Of a stretch of DNA of 64,000 bases, positions 34,050 through 42,751 are shown one piece after another (within the stretch, counting starts at the first letter, position 1; every line of letters starts with the position of its first letter). The stretch lies in NCBI GenBank assembly GCA_964634945.1, contig CAZWMG010000007.1:3488-67487 (forward strand). Reading direction: 5' to 3'. The position numbers were made by a program, and so were the translations under genes. Origin of the DNA: an uncultured Planctomycetia bacterium. GTDB taxonomy: Bacteria > Omnitrophota > Gorgyraeia > JABMRG01. The notes beneath the pieces are model-generated. The model was not told the origin of the DNA and did no database searches. It worked only from the letters and a program-made list of their open reading frames with translations.

Positions 34050-36290
34050 ATGAAAAAAACTCCCCTTATAGCCGCTTTACTGGTAGGCATAAATGCGATA
34101 TTGAGCCAGGTAATAATCATAAGAGAACTGCTGGTAAATTTTTCCGGTAATGAGCTCTCCATGGGGATTATTATCGCTACGTGGCTTGTAGGAGCAGCGA
34201 TAGGCAGCCTTATACTAGGGCGCTATCTGATTGAAGGAATAAATAGGCCCGGGCGTGCTTTTTCCATAATACTTTTAGTAATATCGGCACTAATTCCCAT
34301 AAGTATATTTCTGGCAAGAATCGTAAGGTACATATACCGGATACCGATATACGAAACGGTCTCTCCGCTACAGATGCTTTTAGTCTGCTCAACTATACTT
34401 CTACCGCTATCCATCTTGCTGAGCTTCTGCTTCATCCTATCATGCAAAATGCTAAAAACCACTGGCTCAAGTAACAATACTTCCGGTATCGCCTACATGT
34501 TGGAGGCTCTTGGCGCGGCTGCGGCCGGCGCGGCCTTTACGTTCGTTCTTGCGCTGCACTTTAATCACTTTCAAATAGCGATAGGACTCTTCTTTATTAA
34601 TATATTATTCAGCATATTCATTTTCAACGGAAAAAAGATATATCTTTACCTATTACTTATTTTTACTCTGATCATTCTTTATGGGGGTGGCATAAGATGG
34701 CTGCAGGAAAAATCTGAAAGGCTCCAGTGGCATCCCTATAATATTGTATATAACGGGAGTTCTCCGTATGGCAATATAAGTGTAACAAAATCAGCAAATA
34801 CATTCAGCCTATATGAAAACGGCGCCTTGTTATTTACAACCCAGGATGAAGCATTCAATGAAAATTTCGCGCATCTTGTGATGCTCCAGCACGATAAACC
34901 AAAAAACGTGCTCCTTTTAGGCAATGGCGTAGGCGGCATATTAAGACAGATACTTAAACATGGCCCTGAATCTCTAATATACCTTCAACTGGATCCAGAG
35001 ATATTAAAAGTCAGTAAAAAATTCCTTCCTGCTCTAGAGAGAGATTCTCTTTTAGATCCGAGGCTTAAGATAGAATATGAAGACGCGGGCTTCTTCTTAA
35101 AGAGAACTGAAAAAAAATTTGACCTAATCGTTATAAATATGCCGGATCCTGTTACGCTTGGCATTAATCGGTTTTTCACAAAGGAGTTCTATGAAATAAT
35201 ACGCTCCCATCTAAATAAAAACGGCATCCTCGCTACGCGCATATCATCTAAGGAATCTATAATAAGCGATGAATTAGCGATATACAACACGTCTGTCTAC
35301 AAAACACTTAAAAGTGTCTTTCTCTACGTAGAATTTGTACCAGGCGAAAATCTTATCTTTATAGCGTCTGATAGCCCTGATATTACAGCAGATAGGCCCG
35401 AAATCTTAGCAAAGAGGTTCAAAGCAAGAAATATCAATACAAATTTTCTCACAGAATACCACATAAGAGACAGCTATTACCCTGATTCTGTTCATTATTT
35501 AGCAGGCAGACTGAAAGAAAAATATGACGAGGCAAGTATAAACACAGACTTTCATCCCACCTGCTTCTATTATGGCCTTATTCTCTGGAGCATTAAATTT
35601 CAGCCCTATCTCACTAGGCTCTCTTATTCTATTACGCAGATAAGTATCGCGGCTATAATCAGCCTTATACTTTTGACTTTCTTATATGGGTTCTTGGTAA
35701 TCAGATCCAAAAAAGAGGCTGCTGGCTATCTCGTACCTTTAGCGATAGCTGTAAATGGGGCGGCAGGCGTAACGCTTGAAATTGTAATATTACTCACTTT
35801 TCAAATAAACTATGGCTATGTATATAGCAAGGTTGGGTTTTTGATAGCGCTCTTTATGCTAGGATTGGCATTTGGAAGTTACATTATAAATCGCGGATTA
35901 GACAAATGCAAAGATCTATACAATCTACTTTGCAAAATAATACTGGCCTTCTTGCTCTATATAACATTTATACCTGTAACTATAAAACTTATAACACCTC
36001 TGCCCTTACAAGCTACTGAATATGTATTTTATCTTATGATGCTCGTGACCGGTGTTTTTATAGGGTGCCAATTCCCTGTCGCGGTAAGATTACTGCAAAA
36101 AAGATATTCCGCGGGCCACTGCACATCAATCGTATGGGGATCAGATATCCTGGGCGCGGCAATAGGTACTTTAGCATCAAGTCTTATAATCATCCCCATG
36201 ATAGGGATACTTGCTACCTGCTTTACAGTTGCCATACTATGCGGAATAATCCTTATTCTGCTTCTTTTTCACCAAAGACTTCAGCGCTGA
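34050..36290 (+). CDS. Fused multi-TM (MFS-like) membrane domain with a spermidine/spermine synthase-like aminopropyltransferase fold
   Basis: About 7 N-terminal TM helices, a central PABS-like SAM-MTase fold (NVLLLGNGVGGILRQILKH ... LIVINMPDP), then about 6 more C-terminal TM helices. It is the only plus-strand gene in the window. Confidence 0.6.
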   Translation: MKKTPLIAALLVGINAILSQVIIIRELLVNFSGNELSMGIIIATWLVGAAIGSLILGRYLIEGINRPGRAFSIILLVISALIPISIFLARIVRYIYRIPIYETVSPLQMLLVCSTILLPLSILLSFCFILSCKMLKTTGSSNNTSGIAYMLEALGAAAAGAAFTFVLALHFNHFQIAIGLFFINILFSIFIFNGKKIYLYLLLIFTLIILYGGGIRWLQEKSERLQWHPYNIVYNGSSPYGNISVTKSANTFSLYENGALLFTTQDEAFNENFAHLVMLQHDKPKNVLLLGNGVGGILRQILKHGPESLIYLQLDPEILKVSKKFLPALERDSLLDPRLKIEYEDAGFFLKRTEKKFDLIVINMPDPVTLGINRFFTKEFYEIIRSHLNKNGILATRISSKESIISDELAIYNTSVYKTLKSVFLYVEFVPGENLIFIASDSPDITADRPEILAKRFKARNINTNFLTEYHIRDSYYPDSVHYLAGRLKEKYDEASINTDFHPTCFYYGLILWSIKFQPYLTRLSYSITQISIAAIISLILLTFLYGFLVIRSKKEAAGYLVPLAIAVNGAAGVTLEIVILLTFQINYGYVYSKVGFLIALFMLGLAFGSYIINRGLDKCKDLYNLLCKIILAFLLYITFIPVTIKLITPLPLQATEYVFYLMMLVTGVFIGCQFPVAVRLLQKRYSAGHCTSIVWGSDILGAAIGTLASSLIIIPMIGILATCFTVAILCGIILILLLFHQRLQR

Positions 36291-37863
36291 ATATATATAT
36301 ATCACATGTCCTGTTTTTCCAGCTCTCTTTAGATATCCCCGCTTTGTGCATACATAGAGAGTTCATAAACTCTTCTCTATTCCAGCCTGTTTCAACAGCT
36401 ACTTGCGGAAGATATACGCCGCTTCTGAGTCCGCTTTTTACAAGTACGCCATGTTTGCCCATGATAATCTCTTCTGGATCATCTATCTTCTTAAGCGGCG
36501 AAAGAACGGATATCTCCAAATCGATCTCATCAAGCTCCCCGGGCGTTACGGGCGAGAACCGCGGATCCTTGGTAGATGCCTGTATTGCCATGTCGCTGAC
36601 TGTCTGGCATAACGGCCCTCTACCTACAATATTTCCGATGCATCCTCGTAATTGCCCTTCCTTATGCAACGTAACAAATGCGCCCATCTCCTTGTTTAAG
36701 GCCAGGCGATCTTCACTTATGACCAGCTTCTCCCCTTTATTGACATAGGTGTTAAGCGTCTCGCGCGCGATCTGAAGGAGGCGTTTCTTTTCTTCCGCGC
36801 TGAGTAATTCTTGCATATCATTCTCCATTTTCTCTTTTCCTGATTCCAGGCCACCATTTACTGATGATTTATAAATAATTGCTGAAGAATACCCCACGAC
36901 AGAGCTGGTGTCACCTGTTGCATCAGCTGATGTCGAGTATTTGAGTGTGCTAATTTTATTAGCTCCTAGCTTACGCGCAGCCATCATGGATCCGATTATA
37001 GCTGTACTGCCGCATGGCCTTTCTTTACCCGGCATATTGGAAAAGGTTAAAAACATCTCTTCAGGATTAAACCTCTCAAGTTTGGATAGAACAGCGGAAT
37101 CTATAATGCGCGCGTCCTTATCAGTATTATAATGAGACATATCGCTACTGGCAATAATAACTATATCGCGTCTTCCATCTATCACAGCGTAGAGCGCGTC
37201 ACGCAAGAGTACACACGTATCATAAGAGCTATTGCCCGTTAACATAAGAACTATCTTTGCCCCGGGTAATGCTTCCTGGACAAATGGTATCTGGGTCTCT
37301 GTTGAATTCTCATTTAAAAATGGCTGAATATAATAATTGATATCCTTATTATAGGAAAGTAACTTTTTAGTCAAAACTTTATCTATGTCCACCTTGCCAA
37401 GAGGAGTAAGATAATAATCCTTATCAAGCACAGCAACCCCCTCAAAGGAATGACGGTGGCTTGAGGCAACAATAATTGCCGTATTAAAACCCCTATCCTT
37501 AATGGCCCTAAAACCATAACCCGCGGTCTCTCCGGAATACTTAAAGCCCGCATGAGGCGATATAATAGCGATTATATCGCCGGTTATAGGGGGTGGCTTC
37601 GCATTATCAATAAAACCACATACCATCTTTTTCAAAACAGCGGGTTCTTTAGGATAAAAAGAACCTGCGATCGATGGGGCCTGTGCATCGTCTGCGAAAG
37701 CTGTCTGTAAAAACAGCATGCAGCAGATCATGTATAATAAACCGATTAGAAGGATATCTGGACGCCGCAAGCAATGGCAGTACTTTCTGTAAGAGGACTT
37801 ATAAGGATTCATTGTTTCTCCATATGCCCGCGATCTCTTGATTGCAATATCTACATCTTCCAT
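36253..37863 (-). CDS. AmmeMemoRadiSam system fusion protein: Memo/MEMO1-like domain (system protein B) fused to an AMMECR1 domain (system protein A)
   Basis: The N-terminal half has IAGSFYP...IIAIISPHAGFKYSGETAGYGF (Memo). The C-terminal half has GAFVTLHKEGQLRGCIGNIVGRGPLCQTVSDMAIQASTKDPRFSPV (AMMECR1). The annotated start overlaps the neighbouring gene by 65 nt, so the true start is probably a later Met around 37719..37731. Confidence 0.8.
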   Translation of the reverse strand: MEDVDIAIKRSRAYGETMNPYKSSYRKYCHCLRRPDILLIGLLYMICCMLFLQTAFADDAQAPSIAGSFYPKEPAVLKKMVCGFIDNAKPPPITGDIIAIISPHAGFKYSGETAGYGFRAIKDRGFNTAIIVASSHRHSFEGVAVLDKDYYLTPLGKVDIDKVLTKKLLSYNKDINYYIQPFLNENSTETQIPFVQEALPGAKIVLMLTGNSSYDTCVLLRDALYAVIDGRRDIVIIASSDMSHYNTDKDARIIDSAVLSKLERFNPEEMFLTFSNMPGKERPCGSTAIIGSMMAARKLGANKISTLKYSTSADATGDTSSVVGYSSAIIYKSSVNGGLESGKEKMENDMQELLSAEEKKRLLQIARETLNTYVNKGEKLVISEDRLALNKEMGAFVTLHKEGQLRGCIGNIVGRGPLCQTVSDMAIQASTKDPRFSPVTPGELDEIDLEISVLSPLKKIDDPEEIIMGKHGVLVKSGLRSGVYLPQVAVETGWNREEFMNSLCMHKAGISKESWKNRTCDIYIFSAEVFGEKEAE

Positions 37864-38920
37864 CTTTTATGTTGTTCTCCGCGATACTATAGCCTAATCG
37901 CTCTACTAAGAGTTGTTCGCAATTAGGGCAATATGTAGACTCACCCTTATTACCGGGTACATTACCGATATAAACATAATTAAGCCCTTCAGATACAGCT
38001 ATCTTATACGCATCTCGAAGGGCAGATACCGGCGTAGGGGAGATATTCTTAAGTTTATACATAGGCCAGAAGCGTGAAATATGCAAAGGTGTGTCAGGCC
38101 CAAGGTTTTCTTTTATCCATGAACATGTCGCTTTTATATAATCAGGGCTATCATTTATTGTAGGTATCAATAAATAGGTAATCTCTACCCATACGCCTTC
38201 TTCTTTTAATATACGTAAAGTACGCAAAACATCATCTCTATTGCCAAGGCAGAATTCATCATAGAACTTATCTGAACCTTTAAGATCTATATTAGCGGCA
38301 TCCATATACCTGCAGAGACGCCTTAAAGGTTCTTCATTTATAAAACCATTTGAATGCATTACATTCATTATACCTGACTGATCCGCTAATTTGGCTATAT
38401 CAAGCATATACTCATAAAAGATAGTAGGTTCTGTATAGGTATACGCTATACTTGGGCAATTATTTGCATCCGCGAGCATAACTACTCTCTCCGGCGGAAG
38501 GTATTCATAAGGAATATCCTCCGGGCGCGCCTGAGATATCTGCCAGTTTTGACAAAACTTACACTGGAGATTACACCCAGCGGTTGCTATGGAAAAAGAT
38601 CTTGTACCTGGAATAACGTGAAACAAGGGCTTCTTTTCAATAGGGTCTGCGTGTATGGCACAGGGCTTTGAATATACAAGGCTATAAAGTGTACCATCTT
38701 TGTTTTCTCTTGCCCTGCAAAAGCCTCTCTTCTTATTCGGAATAACGCACTTACGGGGGCATAAGAGACACTGCGCGCCTTTTCCATCCAGTCTCTGATA
38801 ATAAAGCGCCTCTCTTAACTCTGGCACCTTGGCTAAAACATTTGAAGTAAAATATGATAATGATTGGCATAGCAAGAGTATCGCTACAAGGATTAACGCG
38901 GATAAATATGCTTTCTTCAT
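37799..38920 (-). CDS. AmmeMemoRadiSam system radical SAM enzyme (pyruvate-formate-lyase-activase-like)
   Basis: CNLQCKFCQNW is the radical SAM CxxxCxxC. The N-terminal Cys cluster CLLCPRKC...FCRAREN and a C-terminal CPNC...CRYC cluster are typical of the AmmeMemoRadiSam radical SAM family. The predicted N-terminal 35 aa look like a signal peptide, which is probably an artefact of the chosen start. Confidence 0.8.
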   Translation of the reverse strand: MKKAYLSALILVAILLLCQSLSYFTSNVLAKVPELREALYYQRLDGKGAQCLLCPRKCVIPNKKRGFCRARENKDGTLYSLVYSKPCAIHADPIEKKPLFHVIPGTRSFSIATAGCNLQCKFCQNWQISQARPEDIPYEYLPPERVVMLADANNCPSIAYTYTEPTIFYEYMLDIAKLADQSGIMNVMHSNGFINEEPLRRLCRYMDAANIDLKGSDKFYDEFCLGNRDDVLRTLRILKEEGVWVEITYLLIPTINDSPDYIKATCSWIKENLGPDTPLHISRFWPMYKLKNISPTPVSALRDAYKIAVSEGLNYVYIGNVPGNKGESTYCPNCEQLLVERLGYSIAENNIKDGRCRYCNQEIAGIWRNNESL

Positions 38921-38968
38921 GATAATATATTATATCACTAAGATAATGCTTTTCAAGACGAAAAAACA

Positions 38969-39132
38969 GGGGACACCCCTGAGTACGCTATTACTCTCTT
39001 TTTTTACATTTTTGACGCGTCTATTTATGAGGCTCCTAAATTTCGATTTTTTATTCCTAATAGATGTACATTAAAAATTCGTAAATTCTTGCATTATTTA
39101 TGCTCAGGGGTGTCCCCTTTAGGACCGTCCCC
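38969..39132. repeat. MITE-like intergenic element, copy B: left arm GGGGACACCCCT, right arm AGGGGTGTCCCCTTTAGGACCGTCCCC, with a divergent AT-rich core
   Basis: Same arms as 12139..12300 and 49820..49964. It lies between the radical SAM gene start and the upstream gene stop. Confidence 0.65.
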
Positions 39133-39137
39133 GTTCG

Positions 39138-39833
39138 TTATGCAAAATACGCGTGTACAGACATAAAGCGCTGGATAAAACGCTTCTCTGTGCCGACACC
39201 TAACGATGTATTATAATAACGCTTCCATAGCGATGCCAAGTCATCGGGGCTTGATGAAACAAGACCTATCCCCTTACGCTCAAATATCTCTTTATAAATA
39301 AGTAGTGAAATAAGCCCTGCGAAATCATAATCATCTACGCAAAGTTGCCTAAGCTCATCTCTATTCATCCTAACAAGTCGATCCCATGTAAGCCTGCCTT
39401 CTGTAACCTTGGCAAAAAGCGGTATAAGTTTCTCGCGCCTTCCTCTCTTTTGACTGCCTTTTATGGGGTATTCTACATATCTATGTATAATTCCATATGC
39501 TGTCTCACCAATAATCTGATATGGCCCGTTTCCATTGCTAGACTTGCCTGAGTACCTATCTAAAAAATGGGTCTCTACCGCGATTGTCCCTAGAAGCAGC
39601 ATGGCCCAGGAAGTCTTCTTCAATACACCCATATCAGGGAAGACAATATCTATGATTCTGCATACACTCTGATTGTGGTAATTGTAATTTCTTGATTGTT
39701 CTTGGTTAAGATCGCTTTTAATGGGGGTAGCGCAATCTCCAACAGAAAAGGAAAATATTGCATTCAGAGCAATAGTAGCGAGAACAACTGCCTTTAGAAT
39801 GACCTTACGCCCCCTTCTAAACATAAGTAACAT
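39138..39833 (-). CDS. Secreted hypothetical protein, possibly lytic-transglycosylase-like
   Basis: Signal peptide. The segment IAVETHFLDRYSGKSSNGNGPYQIIGETAYG resembles the SLT catalytic E-T ... G-x-x-Q-I motif. Weak call. Confidence 0.3.
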   Translation of the reverse strand: MLLMFRRGRKVILKAVVLATIALNAIFSFSVGDCATPIKSDLNQEQSRNYNYHNQSVCRIIDIVFPDMGVLKKTSWAMLLLGTIAVETHFLDRYSGKSSNGNGPYQIIGETAYGIIHRYVEYPIKGSQKRGRREKLIPLFAKVTEGRLTWDRLVRMNRDELRQLCVDDYDFAGLISLLIYKEIFERKGIGLVSSSPDDLASLWKRYYNTSLGVGTEKRFIQRFMSVHAYFA

Positions 39834-40051
39834 AGGTCATGACCCTTTATTTATAAATGCTTTATAAATCTAAATAGTAAGTGTATATAAAAAACTTTTC
39901 CTGCGGTGCTCCTCTTACTACAAATATGCCTTACTACAAGCAGGAAGTCAAGATACCAAAGCCAAGAACACCATTTCGCTTTGCGTTGGCAATATTGGCT
40001 CTGTAACACTATGCACTATAAGGGGATACAATAAAGGTAAGATTTGATATA

Positions 40052-40378
40052 TTAGTTTTTGCTGATAGATACAGCCTTGTCTATCCAGTCGAGGTAATCC
40101 TGGTTCCCATTTGAGATCTCTACACTTATTATCTCGGGTGTATCATAGCTATGCAGTTGCCTGACCTTGTCTCTTATTTTGTCAAAATGGTTTTTCCGCG
40201 TCTTTACCAATAAGAGACATTCATCTACAGACTCTTTCTTGTCGTTCCATATAAAAATAGACCTAATACCAGGTAGAATATTCACGCAAGCCGCAAGCCT
40301 GGAATCTACAAGTTCGTTTCCTATATTTTCCGCGTCTTGTACGGATGGTGCTGTTATAAAAACTATTAGGTGTTCCAT
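40052..40378 (-). CDS. cutA: Divalent-cation tolerance protein CutA
   Basis: 108 aa. VFITAPSVQDAENIGNELVDSRLAACVNI...YDTPEIISVEI is typical CutA1. Confidence 0.8.
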   Translation of the reverse strand: MEHLIVFITAPSVQDAENIGNELVDSRLAACVNILPGIRSIFIWNDKKESVDECLLLVKTRKNHFDKIRDKVRQLHSYDTPEIISVEISNGNQDYLDWIDKAVSISKN

Positions 40379-40389
40379 ATATTCGCTCC

Positions 40390-40644
40390 TTAAACAGTCT
40401 CGTGATTACTTAATGAGATTTCGTAATCCCCTTCACCTTTTAAAGTAACGTGCCCTTCCCTTGCTAACCATCCAAGGCTCATAAGAACTAGATCTCTGGA
40501 TTTACCCACCGCTAATATTAGCCTGGATAATTTTTCATTACCATTTGTATCCAGATAATGCCAAATATCACCTGCTATAATACCTATCTGTATTATCATA
40601 CAAAATCCCCCCTTCGCTTGTTGAAGCTTCCACACTGTGGGCAT
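40390..40644 (-). CDS. DUF2582-type winged-helix protein
   Basis: IWHYLDTNGNEKLSRLILAVGKSRDLVLMSLGWLAREGHV matches the DUF2582 wHTH pattern (..LGWLARE..). The true start is probably the Met at about 40599 (MIIQIG...), which removes the overlap with the upstream gene. Confidence 0.55.
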   Translation of the reverse strand: MPTVWKLQQAKGGFCMIIQIGIIAGDIWHYLDTNGNEKLSRLILAVGKSRDLVLMSLGWLAREGHVTLKGEGDYEISLSNHETV

Positions 40645-40835
40645 TTAGATATTACATCGTGTTGGCTGTCTATATAGGTAAATGTGCATACATCGCATTG
40701 CCATATAGACTTTTTCTCAGAAGCATATTGCTTAGGCCTTGTCTCTCTATCCAGAAATAACCATAGAAGCAACAGCATTATAACTGTCAAGCACAAATAT
40801 AAAGAAACAGCTGTACCTATATCAAGTTCAATCAT
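40596..40835 (-). CDS. Small membrane-anchored zinc-ribbon protein, 79 aa
   Basis: An N-terminal TM helix (AVSLYLCLTVIMLLLLWLFL), then CDVC...CPQC. It lies in an operon-like arrangement between the tonB-like gene and the DUF2582 gene. Confidence 0.45.
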   Translation of the reverse strand: MIELDIGTAVSLYLCLTVIMLLLLWLFLDRETRPKQYASEKKSIWQCDVCTFTYIDSQHDVISKCPQCGSFNKRRGDFV

Positions 40836-40889
40836 AATTTTATAGTCTTCGAAACTGTTTCCAAGCCAAAGGAGACAGTTTTAAGCTTC

Positions 40890-41594
40890 TTAAGACCCAA
40901 GTTCAACCCGAACGATACCTTCCTGGTCCTCTTGCAATTGATCTGGTTTAAGAGGAATAAATTTCCATTTTTTTACATACCTTATAGCGATAAGATCTAT
41001 ATCAGGGTAACCTGAAGTCTCTATGGTATCGGCTATCTTTACTGTACCGTTTTTTGTGATAACGAGCCTCAGCCTTACATTGCACGAAATAGGCGCGCCA
41101 TCTTTATGGTATGAGGATAAGGCTATCTTGCAATCAGGCAGAGGTGGCTTAAATAAAATAAGCCTGTCTTTGGCCTTGCCAGTAATTTCTGAAGAACCGA
41201 CGTCCGGCTCTGTGTAAACACGTTCCTTTTTCATTATATCGGGATAAATCTTCACTGTTCCGATAATAGAATCTATTCCTGAAAATCTTGCTGAATCTTC
41301 AAGTGCCGGGCCTCTTCCCCTGATAAGGTCAACGTTATTCTCTGCAACCGCCTGATACCCATCTAAAGATAGCTCCCTTCTTCCTTGCCTATCTATTTTG
41401 GAAAAAGCATCAAGCCCTTCAGATTCATGTTTCAGGGATTTTTTGTCAAGCAAAGAACCTAGAAAATATATATCAGAAAGTCTCTTCTGTATTACGCCAA
41501 CCGGCACTATAATAATCGTAAACATAAAAAAACAGAGCAGGTGCCATGAAAACGATATTACAAGCGCACGATTAAAATTAATCTTAAACTGCAT
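40890..41594 (-). CDS. TonB-family energy transducer (TonB C-terminal domain protein)
   Basis: N-terminal TM anchor. The C-terminus KNGTVKIADTIETSGYPDIDLIAIRYVKKWKFIP matches the TonB_C pattern. It directly follows exbB-exbD. Confidence 0.7.
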   Translation of the reverse strand: MQFKINFNRALVISFSWHLLCFFMFTIIIVPVGVIQKRLSDIYFLGSLLDKKSLKHESEGLDAFSKIDRQGRRELSLDGYQAVAENNVDLIRGRGPALEDSARFSGIDSIIGTVKIYPDIMKKERVYTEPDVGSSEITGKAKDRLILFKPPLPDCKIALSSYHKDGAPISCNVRLRLVITKNGTVKIADTIETSGYPDIDLIAIRYVKKWKFIPLKPDQLQEDQEGIVRVELGS

Positions 41595-41606
41595 TTGCTC
41601 TTTAGC

Positions 41607-42014
41607 CTAATCGGTTGTCTGAGTGGTAGCAATGTTTACCTGCTGGACGCCTTCCTGTCTGCAGATATCCCAAACTACTACAATACGCCCCAGAGAAGCT
41701 TTTCTATCTGATTTTATAAGAACCGGAAGCCTGGCAGATGCTATACCCTTTAACAGAGAGGATAGCTCTTTGATAGTAACTAGTTTCTGCTTGTAATATA
41801 TGAGGTTTTCCGCCGTGATGCTGATTACCGCGTTCTCCTCACTTAACATCTCTGATGTTATAGCACGGGGAAGATTAACCTTTATTCCTGGTTGAAAAAT
41901 AAAACTTGATGTAAGCATAAAGAATATAAGTAACAAAAAAACTACATCTATCAGCGGTGCTATATCTATAGTGCGAAGGGTTCTTTCTAATTTAAGGTGT
42001 CTTTTAAGCCTCAT
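41607..42014 (-). CDS. exbD: Biopolymer transport protein ExbD/TolR
   Basis: 135 aa. IDIAPLIDVVFLLLIFFMLTSSF is the typical ExbD TM segment. Confidence 0.85.
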   Translation of the reverse strand: MRLKRHLKLERTLRTIDIAPLIDVVFLLLIFFMLTSSFIFQPGIKVNLPRAITSEMLSEENAVISITAENLIYYKQKLVTIKELSSLLKGIASARLPVLIKSDRKASLGRIVVVWDICRQEGVQQVNIATTQTTD

Positions 42015-42636
42015 AATCTTTGCCTCTTTGCGTAAGTATGTTTATCAGATCCGTAGAACTTCTCTCCATATCAAGAACCAGGCTGTTAACCCTGCTTACC
42101 AGATAGTTATACGCTACATATACAGGGATAGCAACCGCAAGTCCTGCCACTGTTGTTATAAGCGCCGCCCATATGCCGCCTGCCAGGTCACCCGGTGAAA
42201 CAGGATTTAGTGAGGTCGATTTCTGCTGTATAACCTGAAAACACCCGACCATGCCGACAACTGTTCCAAGAAGGCCTAATAATGGTGAGATATGCGCAAC
42301 GGTAGCAAGAGCCGTGAGGTTCTTTTCCATTCTTGGTACTTCATATAACCCTGCCTCCTCTATAGCTTCTTTTATTTCAGGCTTTGGGCGATCGTGCTTT
42401 AGAATACCTGCCTTCAGGATATGCGCTATAGGACCAGGGGTCTTATCGCACATCTCAATAGCATCCATAATCTTGTTGCGGCGCAAGATATTAGCGATCT
42501 CATCCATAAATTTGCGCGTATCTATCTTTGCCCTATGAAGATGATAAATCTTTTCTATGGCAATAGCCAGGGCGATGATAGAACATAAGATTATCGGATA
42601 CATTACCGCCCCGCCTTTTACAATCATACTAAACAT
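42004..42636 (-). CDS. exbB: MotA/TolQ/ExbB proton-channel protein
   Basis: 210 aa with 3 TM helices and the conserved TolQ/ExbB core (ALATVAHISPLLGLLGTVVGM). Confidence 0.85.
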   Translation of the reverse strand: MFSMIVKGGAVMYPIILCSIIALAIAIEKIYHLHRAKIDTRKFMDEIANILRRNKIMDAIEMCDKTPGPIAHILKAGILKHDRPKPEIKEAIEEAGLYEVPRMEKNLTALATVAHISPLLGLLGTVVGMVGCFQVIQQKSTSLNPVSPGDLAGGIWAALITTVAGLAVAIPVYVAYNYLVSRVNSLVLDMERSSTDLINILTQRGKDYEA

Positions 42637-42649
42637 AAAACGCCTCCTT

Positions 42650-42737
42650 TAGTGAGCCCCTAAGTTTTCTTGCTAAAGCAAGAATAGGGGCGAATTAACC
42701 CCCGCGCCTTGTTTAGCTTTGCTAAACAGCGGGGGTA
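42650..42737. repeat. Dual GC-clamped hairpin intergenic element, copy 2. It lies between the TPR-protein stop and the exbB start.
   Basis: See copy 1 at 24245..24334. Hairpin A ends 17 nt after the TPR gene stop. Hairpin B ends 8 nt before the exbB SD (AAAGGAGG). Confidence 0.65.
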
Positions 42738-42751
42738 AGTTCAATTATATA

